A stretch of 64,000 nt of DNA from an uncultured candidate division Zixibacteria bacterium (GTDB lineage: Bacteria; Zixibacteria; MSB-5A5; UBA10806). The stretch is from positions 96,001-160,000 of the forward strand of contig CAWFQL010000017.1 of the NCBI GenBank assembly GCA_963817915.1. Reading direction: 5' to 3'. A program made the translations under genes and the position numbers. The notes under the pieces were generated by a model. It had not been told where the DNA came from, searched no databases, and was given only the letters and a program-made list of their open reading frames with translations. Positions 30,656 through 40,316 of the stretch are shown piece by piece (the first letter of the stretch is position 1; the number at the start of each line of letters is the position of its first letter).

Positions 30656-33487
30656 ATGGCAACCAGCATTGATTTTAAGAGGCTGTTGGTTGGAATTGCG
30701 GTCTTATTGGTTATCGTTGGATTTTCAGTAATGTCCTGCGATAGAAGAGGCAGTATCGACACAACCGGAAACGATCAGGGGGGGGGCACCGGCGGAATCG
30801 ATAACGTTCTAGTCAGGTTGAGCCCGACCCAGATATTTTTGCCGTCTCCAGAAGCCACCGCTACAGATACAATTGTTATTACACTCATGGACGCCGAAGG
30901 CATCGGTATCTCCGGAGCATATCCGAGAGTAACCCGGACGCCATCGAACGGTTCTATTACCCAGCCGGATTCGACTGATAGAAATGGCCAAACCAGGGCC
31001 GTATTCCAAGCGCAGCCGGGACAGTATGGCACGGTTGTTATTACAGTGACAGCGGGCACGAAAACTAAATCTACCAACCTTTATATCAGCGGCCCTTCGG
31101 AGTATACATTGAATCTAACCTATTCTCCGCCGGTCCCGAAATTAATCGATCACGAGGCAGTGCCATATGTTATTACGGCGTCATTGGTCGATACGACCCA
31201 AAGAGGTGTCGCGGGCCAGCCAGTAATATTTTCAGTTTTGAATCAGGTTGGCAGAATCGGATTTTCAGATCCAAACATTACAGTACCGTTTACCAACCCT
31301 CAGGGAATCGCGACTGTAAATTTTTTCAACACCGAATTTGATGAAGTTAATAATCCTACTCAGGCAATTATTCAGGTGGTGACTTCTTCGCCAACCGATT
31401 CCAGCAACCCTATCGTGGCATCGGTGACTTTACCATTGAGAAGAGTGCGAAATGCATTAACCTTAGAGGCAAATCCCAATACTATTTTTGGCGATGGAAC
31501 GAGCACTTCTCAGGTCAGGGCAATTCTGCTCGATACGGATGGACATGGAATAATCCATGACACTATTAGTTTCAGGAATATCGATTTTGATGGTTCAATT
31601 CAAGCCAGCCAGATTACCGATAGCAATGGTATTGCGGTGAGCACATTTACGCCGTTTTCAAATCATATTAATAGTACCAGAATAATTGCGGAATATAAAC
31701 TTGGCTCAATTCATCAGGCAATCGATACTACCGAAATTAGTATTTTGCCTGTCCGCGCGATTGGCTATATCACGGTTTCTCTGCAAAAGCCGAATGTAAC
31801 CGCCGACGGTGTTGATTCCTCACTGATTTTCATCACGGTACAGGATTCGTTGGGCGGGCTTATCGCTGACGGAACCGAACTATTGTTGTCTCATATTGGA
31901 CTCGGACGATTGACTCCAACGATTGTACATACAATCGGGGGTCAGGCCAACGCGTCGATTTCAGGTCCTACAAGCATTGATTTAGGTCCCAAGTCCGATA
32001 CAATTTTGGTGTCAGGCCATTTAAACGATACTACAACAGTTACCGGCAAGGCCGTAGTGAACTATGTGCCGGGAAAGATTGCGACTTTGGAATTTATAGA
32101 ACCTCTTACGGCTGTGACATTAGTAGCCGGTTCGGGCGAATCAGTAGTGATTAGAGTTATCGGTAAAGATGCCAATGGCAATAATGTAGCTAACGGCACT
32201 CAGATAACTTTTAGAAACAATATCCAAGAGTCAACTCTCAATCCCGAATCGGCATCTACAGATTCGGGTGTCGCTACCACGACTTATCTTATAGGGTCAA
32301 TGACCGGGGTCGACAATGTTGTCGGCTGGATCCTCAATCCGAATCAGCCGACAGACACGATATTTACTTTACAGCCGGTAGTTATTAATTGTATATCTTC
32401 AACGGCAACTACTCTAGTTTTGAGCGCCAGCCAGCCCAATATTCAGGTGGGAGGCGCGTCATGCCAGATCATAGCCACACTTCAGGATGCTTATGGCAAT
32501 CCGCTATCCGAGGGGTATGATGTCGCGTTTCAGATAGTTTCTTCACCGGGCGGCACCCCTACGCAAAAGCCATCCTTTGATACTCAGCCGGGTATTTATT
32601 ATGACTCCGTTCTGACCAATATCGCCGGTCAGGCTATAGTTCAGCTTTATTCAGGAACGGCAGCGGGCGCTGTTTCGATAAGGGCCTGCACAGTCCCGGA
32701 TTCCACTGATACGCTTCCGCTTTTTGCCTGCGATCAGAAATCACTTGTGACAATATCTTCAGGTCCTCCGGCTCACGTGAGCATTTCATTTACATATTCC
32801 GGTCAGGCAACCAATCAGAATACACCTGAACGATTCACTCAGTCCGCGGCAATCGTATGGGATCAATATACAAATCCAGTCGAATATGGTACGGCGGTGT
32901 ATTTCAGCCTTATCCCTGCTACAACAGGCGAAATTGAAGGAAATTCATTCACCGGCGGTCCAAGGCCTTATCACCCTGATTCGGTGAATGGCGTCGCGTA
33001 CACCAGAATAATTTACGGATGTTTCTCGACATTTGATACGGTTAGAGTCGTCGCGTCATCGGCCGGCGAGTTTGGACCAGTGGTAGATACCTCAGAGGCG
33101 TTGTCACTGCCCATATTCGATGGAACGATTACTCTCATAGCAAATCCTGGAAATTTATGGACTGACAATTCCAACTGCACCGGCCCAGGTTCGAGAGATA
33201 CTTCGAATATTACGGCCTATCTTATCGATGGAGGCGGATGTCCAATCAAAAATGGCATTATAAGTTTCTCCGCTATAGGTGCAGGGGCAATAATTGGCCA
33301 AAGTATCGACACCACGGATGTTCAGGGAAGAGCATTTACGTCATTTATGGTTAGAGGATGTGAAATTCAACAACAGCAGGACGGGACGTGTAGGATAACT
33401 ACAACCGTGAAGGCAACTCTTTTGCAGGATAACGAGGTCGTTGGCACAATCGACATTGTTTGTTCGCGAGACTGCGCAACTCAATAG
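30656..33487 (+). CDS. Large lipoprotein with tandem invasin/intimin-type Ig-like (Big-1) repeats
   Basis: VMSC lipobox, repeated ADG..., DANGN/DAYGN and TD.NG.A motifs, Thr-rich beta strands; AAGGAGG RBS before ATG 30656. Confidence 0.78.
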   Translation: MATSIDFKRLLVGIAVLLVIVGFSVMSCDRRGSIDTTGNDQGGGTGGIDNVLVRLSPTQIFLPSPEATATDTIVITLMDAEGIGISGAYPRVTRTPSNGSITQPDSTDRNGQTRAVFQAQPGQYGTVVITVTAGTKTKSTNLYISGPSEYTLNLTYSPPVPKLIDHEAVPYVITASLVDTTQRGVAGQPVIFSVLNQVGRIGFSDPNITVPFTNPQGIATVNFFNTEFDEVNNPTQAIIQVVTSSPTDSSNPIVASVTLPLRRVRNALTLEANPNTIFGDGTSTSQVRAILLDTDGHGIIHDTISFRNIDFDGSIQASQITDSNGIAVSTFTPFSNHINSTRIIAEYKLGSIHQAIDTTEISILPVRAIGYITVSLQKPNVTADGVDSSLIFITVQDSLGGLIADGTELLLSHIGLGRLTPTIVHTIGGQANASISGPTSIDLGPKSDTILVSGHLNDTTTVTGKAVVNYVPGKIATLEFIEPLTAVTLVAGSGESVVIRVIGKDANGNNVANGTQITFRNNIQESTLNPESASTDSGVATTTYLIGSMTGVDNVVGWILNPNQPTDTIFTLQPVVINCISSTATTLVLSASQPNIQVGGASCQIIATLQDAYGNPLSEGYDVAFQIVSSPGGTPTQKPSFDTQPGIYYDSVLTNIAGQAIVQLYSGTAAGAVSIRACTVPDSTDTLPLFACDQKSLVTISSGPPAHVSISFTYSGQATNQNTPERFTQSAAIVWDQYTNPVEYGTAVYFSLIPATTGEIEGNSFTGGPRPYHPDSVNGVAYTRIIYGCFSTFDTVRVVASSAGEFGPVVDTSEALSLPIFDGTITLIANPGNLWTDNSNCTGPGSRDTSNITAYLIDGGGCPIKNGIISFSAIGAGAIIGQSIDTTDVQGRAFTSFMVRGCEIQQQQDGTCRITTTVKATLLQDNEVVGTIDIVCSRDCATQ

Positions 33488-33499
33488 GGATATAGAAGT

Positions 33500-35203
33500 A
33501 TGAAATTGTTGGGAGAAGTACTCCTAAAAGAAAAACTCATTACTGAAGATAAGCTTCAGATTGGACTGAAGGCTCAAAAGGCAAATGGCAAGCGGCTGGG
33601 CGAAGTTCTACTGGTCGAGGGCCTGATTACCGACGAGAAGCTGGCGCACGGCTTGGCGGTTCAGCTTGGTATTCCCCTGGTATCCGCTGAAGATCTAATA
33701 AAGATCGATAAAGAAATCATGGAGCTTGTTCCTGAATTTTTTGCCAGAGAATATCATTGCCTGGCCTTTGGGAGAGATGATGATAGCCTTAAAGTAGTTA
33801 TGGTGGATCCGGAGGATATCGTAGTAATCGATAATCTTCAAAAGATCACTGCAAGGCATATTATTGTCCATATTGCGTCCCAATCGACAATCGACGAAGC
33901 TATTGAAAGACATTACAAAGAACTCAGGACTACGGGCGAAGTATCTGAAGCCCTTTCGGGCATGGATTTCATTGTCTCTGCCGATGGCCGCGAGCTTGAT
34001 GATATCGATGTGAATCAGCTAAAGCGAGAACTCGACGAAGCCCCGATTGTCAAATTGGTGAATTTGATTATATCCGAGGCCATCAAGAGCCGCGCGACAG
34101 ATATTCACATTGAGCCGCTTTTCGACGCCTTATTGGTTCGTTATAGAATTGATGGGGCGTTGCAGGAGATGATGACCGCGCCGATCAAGTCGGCCGTGGC
34201 GATAATCTCCCGTTTGAAAATCATGGCCAATCTCAATATCGCCGAACGTCGCCTTCCTCAGGACGGGCGAATTTCGATTAAATCGCCCGATAGGGAAGTC
34301 GATGTTCGTGTATCGGTACTTCCAACAGTCCGCGGTGAAAAAGTGGTGCTCAGGCTTTTGGATAAAAAAGGGTTTGAGTACACGCTGGCCAATCTTGGAT
34401 TTGAAAACGAAATGCTTCAGATTTTTCGCAAATGGATATACAAACCATACGGGATGATTATCGTATCAGGTCCTACTGGAAGCGGAAAATCAACAACATT
34501 GCATGCGGCTTTGAAATCGGTTCAAAATGAAGAGGACAATATCGTGACCGTAGAAGACCCGGTGGAATATCAAATCGATAAAATCAACCAGGTCGCAACC
34601 AATGATTCAATTGGACTGACATTCGAATCTACACTAAGGCATATTTTAAGACAGGATCCTGATAAGGTTCTAATCGGCGAAATCAGAGATAAGGAAACAG
34701 CCGATATTGCTGTCAAGTTCGCTCTAACAGGCCACTTGGTATTCACCACACTTCACGCTAATGATGCGCCGTCGACCATTACGAGGCTTCTCGATATCGG
34801 ATTGCCGCGCTATTTGGTGGGTTCCGTGACGAATCTTGTTATGGCACAGCGGCTGGTCAGGACTATTTGTTCCGGCTGTAAGCAGGAATATATACCGAGT
34901 CCGGAAGAACTTTTGTCATTAAAGATGGATCCGGACAAGCATAAAGGCGCCGTATTCTACAAGGGCAAGGGTTGCGTCCGTTGCAGAAGCACAGGATATT
35001 TTGGTAGAACCGCACTCTTCGAGCTTATGGAAATGAAGCTGCCGATTAGAAAAGTGATTTTCGAAGACAAAAATGCTGACGAATTGAGAATGGAAGCGCT
35101 CAAAGGTGGCATGGTCAGCCTTAGAGATGCCGGCATACGGAAAATGCTGGCCGGCACTGTGTCTTCGGAAGAAATATTGAAAAAGACAATTGACGAGGAT
35201 TAA
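33500..35203 (+). CDS. pilB: Pilus extension ATPase PilB/GspE (copy 1)
   Basis: MshEN-like N-terminus, GPTGSGKS, TVEDPVE, LRQDPD, CSGC/CVRC zinc motif. Confidence 0.92.
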   Translation: MKLLGEVLLKEKLITEDKLQIGLKAQKANGKRLGEVLLVEGLITDEKLAHGLAVQLGIPLVSAEDLIKIDKEIMELVPEFFAREYHCLAFGRDDDSLKVVMVDPEDIVVIDNLQKITARHIIVHIASQSTIDEAIERHYKELRTTGEVSEALSGMDFIVSADGRELDDIDVNQLKRELDEAPIVKLVNLIISEAIKSRATDIHIEPLFDALLVRYRIDGALQEMMTAPIKSAVAIISRLKIMANLNIAERRLPQDGRISIKSPDREVDVRVSVLPTVRGEKVVLRLLDKKGFEYTLANLGFENEMLQIFRKWIYKPYGMIIVSGPTGSGKSTTLHAALKSVQNEEDNIVTVEDPVEYQIDKINQVATNDSIGLTFESTLRHILRQDPDKVLIGEIRDKETADIAVKFALTGHLVFTTLHANDAPSTITRLLDIGLPRYLVGSVTNLVMAQRLVRTICSGCKQEYIPSPEELLSLKMDPDKHKGAVFYKGKGCVRCRSTGYFGRTALFELMEMKLPIRKVIFEDKNADELRMEALKGGMVSLRDAGIRKMLAGTVSSEEILKKTIDED

Positions 35204-35279
35204 AAGGATTTTTTGTTGTGCTGAATATGTTGGTTTGTTTTGGTACCAAGATAGGCAGGATTGACCAGAAAGGATTAAA

Positions 35280-36536
35280 ATGCCAACTTTTGCCTATGTA
35301 GTCAAAGATAATAAAGGCAATAAGCACGAGGGCACGATCTCCGCTGATTCCCTCGATGCCGCGTTGAATAAATTAAGAGATTCCGGTCAGACTGTTATCT
35401 CAGTTGTTGATTCAAAACAATCAGGCGGAGCGAAACGAAAGAGCCTGATTGACGAGATAGCGTTATTTGTATATAAGATCAAGACGAAAGTGCCATTGAA
35501 TGCGCTGGTCTTTTTCACGCGCCAGCTAGCCACAATGTTTTCCGCCGGTCTTACTATCGAAAAAGCTCTTAATAACCTGATCTATGAAGAATCAAATAAG
35601 AAATTCAAGAAGGTAATTGCTCAGCTGCTGAATGACGTCAAGAAAGGGTTCTCCCTTTCCGACGCTATGGAAAAGCACCCCGGCGTATTTTCGCCATTGT
35701 ATATCGCGTTGGTACGATCTGGGGAAATTTCCGGATCGCTGCATGCGGTGCTTGATGAGCTTTCCGATTATCTGGAATTTATTCAGGACACTCGACGAAA
35801 GATATTTTCCGCGATGTCATACCCTGCCTTTGTAGTGGTCGTTTTGACGGTGCTGACAATCATCTTGATCGTATTTGTAGTTCCGATGTTCGAAAATGTC
35901 TATTCAAGATTCAACGCCAAGCTGCCGGTGCCGACGCAAATGCTTATTCATGTTTCAAAGATAATAAGCGCTAATTTCTTCTATTCGCTTATAGGGGCGA
36001 TTTTCCTTGGAATGGGATTCATTGTCGTAAGTCTTACTGATACGGGCAGGAGGATAATCGATAGAGTTAAGCTTCATATCCCGATCATCAATAATGTCAT
36101 CGTAAATTCAATGATGAGTAAATTCTGCCGCACGTTCGGTATGTTGCTTGGAGCCGGTGTTCCCGTGGTCGATGCCATGAATCTTGTTTATCGAGTTATG
36201 GATAATGTCCATTACAAAGCGGCTATCAGGCAAGCGACCAACCTGATAAGAGATGGATTTTCTATCGCGGCCTCATTGAAGAAAACAGGGATATTTCCCA
36301 ATACGCTCCTTTCTCTCGCCTCTACCGGCGAAGAAACCGGAGATATGGATAAGATGCTGGCAAAAGCTGCCGGTTTTTACGATAAACAGCTTGAAGCCGT
36401 TATTATGAGGCTGACCTCCCTTATCGAGCCGATGCTGATCGTTTTGATCGCCCTGGTTATCGGCACCATAGTGATTATCATTTATCTGCCGGTTTTCTAT
36501 CTCGGATTTGCGTTCCGAAAAGGTATAAGCCAGTAG
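35280..36536 (+). CDS. pilC: Platform protein PilC/GspF (copy 1)
   Basis: FTRQLATM, GEISGSL, AMSYP, GEETG, LIEP. Confidence 0.92.
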   Translation: MPTFAYVVKDNKGNKHEGTISADSLDAALNKLRDSGQTVISVVDSKQSGGAKRKSLIDEIALFVYKIKTKVPLNALVFFTRQLATMFSAGLTIEKALNNLIYEESNKKFKKVIAQLLNDVKKGFSLSDAMEKHPGVFSPLYIALVRSGEISGSLHAVLDELSDYLEFIQDTRRKIFSAMSYPAFVVVVLTVLTIILIVFVVPMFENVYSRFNAKLPVPTQMLIHVSKIISANFFYSLIGAIFLGMGFIVVSLTDTGRRIIDRVKLHIPIINNVIVNSMMSKFCRTFGMLLGAGVPVVDAMNLVYRVMDNVHYKAAIRQATNLIRDGFSIAASLKKTGIFPNTLLSLASTGEETGDMDKMLAKAAGFYDKQLEAVIMRLTSLIEPMLIVLIALVIGTIVIIIYLPVFYLGFAFRKGISQ

Positions 36537-36544
36537 GCAAAAGC

Positions 36545-36583
36545 AAAAAAAGCCGCCCTTTTCGCATAAAGGGCGGCTTTTTT
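36545..36583 (+). terminator. Strong, possibly bidirectional intrinsic terminator closing pilus cluster 1
   Basis: aaaaaagccgcccttt-tcgcat-aaagggcggctttttt. Confidence 0.85.
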
Positions 36584-36776
36584 ATTCCCCGAATCTCGCT
36601 TATTGTTGATATAATTTCTATATAAATCGACTAATTCATTTTATATTGGGATTCGGTTGAATGTGGAAGGCGCAGGCTGAAGGGCGGCTTAAGGATGATT
36701 TTCGAAAAATTCACTATTTTTGAAGTATGTTAATGACCCTGGGTCTATTTTGATATTATAATACGTATAATTTGAT

Positions 36777-39700
36777 ATGAAGAAGCTCCTAAAAATACCG
36801 ATTTATATCGCGATAGTTTTTACCGTAATAATTCTTGCGATTGTCTACTTATATAGTTTTACCACTCTACCGGAAAACGAATTAAATAACTGGCTTGTTT
36901 TATTCGCACCAAAGAAGCTAGGCCTCGAAATAAAATTCGATAAGATTAATCGGGACTTTTGGAATCACATCGTGATCGATGGCCTGGAAATCTCCCGAAG
37001 CGATGACGATCAGGCGCGGTTGGCTTATATTTCCCATCTCGAGGTAAAGTACAAAATTAGCGATATTATTAAGGGAAAGTATATCATTAGTTCATTCAGG
37101 ATTGATTCATTGCAGGCTTGGATTCCCAAATCAGGAACCATAGGTAATCAATCCGGCACATCGCAATCGTCGCAGCCATTCAATTCCTCCATAACGGTCG
37201 ATACGGTAAGCGTGAATCTGGCCCAAATTACGCTTCCCAATAGCGAGACAATTTCAATGGATACTCTCTATTCCAAATTGGTAGTAGATAAAGGGAAATT
37301 TGATATTTCCATAGATCGGTTCAGGGCCGATTGGCCTGAAAGGAATTTTGGAATAGATAGTCTGCATGGTAGAATTGTCTCAAATGATAACGGTTTTAAT
37401 ATCGTGGCAATGAAGGTAATCACAAAAAGGTCCGACTTAACTCTATCGGGGCAGGTCGGAAAATCCATTACAAGCGGCTGGAAGCTTGACTATATTTTCT
37501 CTCCAATCGATTTAAAGGATATTGAATCCTTGACCAAAGTGAAGATTAACGGCGTGCTGGAATCGAATGGTACCATTAGCGGGTCTATAAAAGATTTTGG
37601 CGGGAAAACTGTTGTCAATGGCATCTTTATGGCAAAACCGTTTGACGAGGTTTATATAAATTATCATTTTGCCAATGGTATCCTGGGTTTTGATAAAATT
37701 GATGGCGATGTGTTTCACTCTCGTTTTAATGGCGCGGGGCAGATTGATTTTACTCGGAAACCGGAGCATTATAGCTACAACGGAAGTATCAATCATCTCG
37801 ATTTGCGAGGGATAGGTCCGGCATTGAAAACCGATTTTACCGGCAATGTGCGGATGGAAGGCCAGGGTTTCACCGAGGACAAATTTCATATGGCTATCGA
37901 CGCTCAGCTTCAAGCTGTAAAAATCGACAGTTTTTATTTTGATGAAGTTGCTGGCTCGGTTGATTTCAATCTCAAAAATATTGAATTTCTTCCAGGTTTT
38001 TCCGCCAGATACAAAAACACATATATAAACGCGACGGGCAATCTCGAATATCAGGGCAATCTCGATATCGCGGGTGAAGTCGTATTCAAAGATCTCAGGG
38101 ATTTTACCGGACAGACATTTATTCAAATATTGGGTGGTAAAGGGAAGGCGACGGTGCACGCGACCGGCCCGACGATAGATTTTAACGCAGACGCCAGTTT
38201 TAACTCGGATTCATGCTGGACTTACGGACTCATACCAGGATTTGTTCACATTGACGCCAATCTGAAATCATTTATCAGCCATAAAGTAGGCGTGGTCAAA
38301 GGTTATTGGAAAGGGGGAACGCTCTATTCGGTTCCTTCGGATACAGGTTATTTCAAGGCAGGTGTTTCAGGAGAGCGGGCGTTTCTCGATACAGTGTATA
38401 TCGCCAATAGCTATAGTAATCTCAGATTAAATGGCGGGTTTAACGGTACGATTGTGCCCCCGACTTTTGTTGTTGATACGCTGTTTGGTGAAATTCACGG
38501 CAATCATTTCTTCTCACGATCCCCCATCGAATTTTCATTATTCCCGAAAGAAACGGAATTTGATCAATTTAAGTTGGGCTATGAGACAGGCACGATCAGT
38601 ATCAGCGGGACTGTTACCAACGATTTGGATCTGGGTCTTGATATCCAGGCAACCGGATTTCAGATTCAGCCAATTATAAAACAAATATACAAAGACAAGG
38701 CGATTAGTGGAATTTGGTCAGGTACAGCGCTATTGAGAGGAAATTTCGATAAGCCAATTATGGATTTTGATTTGAGAATCGATAGCCTGACAATCGGGCA
38801 GACTAATATGGGCAATTTAATTGTTCGTTCAATATATGAGGACGGATATCTGTATTCTGATTCATCTTATATGTATTCGCCATCTGATTCATTTTATTTT
38901 TATGGGAAATTTCCAATTGATCTGTCATTTGCCGAATCGGCAAATCGATTCCCCGAAAACCCGATTGATTTCAATTTTTCCGCGTCGGGGAAAAGACTTA
39001 CTCTCGCTGAGATTTTTATTCCGGATGTTCAGCGTTTCGACGCCGATTTCAATGTTAAAATTAATTATGGCGGGACTTATGCAAATCCTAAGATTTCCGG
39101 GGCGGGCCAGATTTCTAATGGTCAGCTAACGGTGGTTGAGCTCCAAAATTTAATAACCGGTATTCGAGCCAATTTAAGAATGGAAAATGCCACCATATAT
39201 TTGGATAGCCTTGTCGCGGGATCCTCTCAGGCATCGATGGACCTGGGCGGTGCGTTAAATGAGCTGATTTCCGGACGAAGTCACGTTAGTGATAAATCTG
39301 GATTGGCGATGTCGGGCGTTATCAAACTTCTCGGACTGGGAAAGTTATCTTACGATCTGAATATCGGCGGCAGAAATTACTATTTTGTTTCCAGCCTGTT
39401 TGGTGTTAGCGGTTTTGCCGATCTTGACCTTAAGGTCAAAGGCGATATAATCCCGACAGTCAGCGGAAAAATACAATTAAGGCGGCTGGATGTTCGCGAA
39501 GAATTCGAAAAATTTACCGGCAAGGATTATAATCCGGAAATCGTGCTGGAAGACTCGACAATTTGGAACCTCAATATCGACGTCAGCTGCGTTAATAATC
39601 TTTGGATACAGAACAGTAATATAGACGCTGAATTGAAAGGGGATGTTCTGGTCGAGAGAAATCTGGGAATAATGAAAATGTTGGGCCAGTTCAATGTTAT

Positions 39701-40316
39701 CAGAGGAGCTTATACGTTGTTCGGGCAAAAATTCCAGGTCATTAGCGGGGCTCTCAATTTTCAGAATGTCGCAACCGTAAATCCCGATTTAGATTTCACT
39801 GTGACAACCAGACTCAGAAATGCCCCCGGCGCCGGGCAAGGCCCGATGTATAGCGATGTGCAGATTCATATCAGCGGCACATTAAAAGAGCCCAAGATCG
39901 ATATGGGGTCTCAATCGACACTTACAAGAGAAGATTTTTTCAAAATGCTTGTTTCTGGAAATGAGATAAGCACATTATTCCCCGGTCAGCAGCAGCAGAG
40001 CAGCTTCGCGATAAATATATTGAAAAATGTCGGATTGCTTTCGGCCTTCGTACCCAATCCGCTAACCGGCCAGGGAATTGTCGAGGAATTTTCGATTTAT
40101 CCTACCCAGGTTGGCGATCCTCAGATATCATTGGCAAAATATATTTCGAGAAGTCTCTATCTACGTTATTCCAGAACCCTTTCGCGGGAATCGGGTACGG
40201 CTATCGGCGTAGAGTACTACCTAAACAATAACTTATCATTCCAGGCAACCCAAAATTTACGTGGCACACAGGATGAAGGCATATCGTTCGATATTAATTT
40301 TAATTACGAGTATTAG
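36777..40316 (+). CDS. tamB: TamB/AsmA-like translocation and assembly protein
   Basis: N-terminal membrane anchor, long beta-rich body, DUF490-like C-terminus (GAYTLFGQKF, NPDLDF, ISGTLKEP, GVEY). Confidence 0.85.
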   Translation: MKKLLKIPIYIAIVFTVIILAIVYLYSFTTLPENELNNWLVLFAPKKLGLEIKFDKINRDFWNHIVIDGLEISRSDDDQARLAYISHLEVKYKISDIIKGKYIISSFRIDSLQAWIPKSGTIGNQSGTSQSSQPFNSSITVDTVSVNLAQITLPNSETISMDTLYSKLVVDKGKFDISIDRFRADWPERNFGIDSLHGRIVSNDNGFNIVAMKVITKRSDLTLSGQVGKSITSGWKLDYIFSPIDLKDIESLTKVKINGVLESNGTISGSIKDFGGKTVVNGIFMAKPFDEVYINYHFANGILGFDKIDGDVFHSRFNGAGQIDFTRKPEHYSYNGSINHLDLRGIGPALKTDFTGNVRMEGQGFTEDKFHMAIDAQLQAVKIDSFYFDEVAGSVDFNLKNIEFLPGFSARYKNTYINATGNLEYQGNLDIAGEVVFKDLRDFTGQTFIQILGGKGKATVHATGPTIDFNADASFNSDSCWTYGLIPGFVHIDANLKSFISHKVGVVKGYWKGGTLYSVPSDTGYFKAGVSGERAFLDTVYIANSYSNLRLNGGFNGTIVPPTFVVDTLFGEIHGNHFFSRSPIEFSLFPKETEFDQFKLGYETGTISISGTVTNDLDLGLDIQATGFQIQPIIKQIYKDKAISGIWSGTALLRGNFDKPIMDFDLRIDSLTIGQTNMGNLIVRSIYEDGYLYSDSSYMYSPSDSFYFYGKFPIDLSFAESANRFPENPIDFNFSASGKRLTLAEIFIPDVQRFDADFNVKINYGGTYANPKISGAGQISNGQLTVVELQNLITGIRANLRMENATIYLDSLVAGSSQASMDLGGALNELISGRSHVSDKSGLAMSGVIKLLGLGKLSYDLNIGGRNYYFVSSLFGVSGFADLDLKVKGDIIPTVSGKIQLRRLDVREEFEKFTGKDYNPEIVLEDSTIWNLNIDVSCVNNLWIQNSNIDAELKGDVLVERNLGIMKMLGQFNVIRGAYTLFGQKFQVISGALNFQNVATVNPDLDFTVTTRLRNAPGAGQGPMYSDVQIHISGTLKEPKIDMGSQSTLTREDFFKMLVSGNEISTLFPGQQQQSSFAINILKNVGLLSAFVPNPLTGQGIVEEFSIYPTQVGDPQISLAKYISRSLYLRYSRTLSRESGTAIGVEYYLNNNLSFQATQNLRGTQDEGISFDINFNYEY

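Noticed and set aside
22043..36583. Pilus cluster as a genomic island or conjugative element
   Set aside because: No integrase, relaxase, T4SS genes, att repeats or obvious compositional shift
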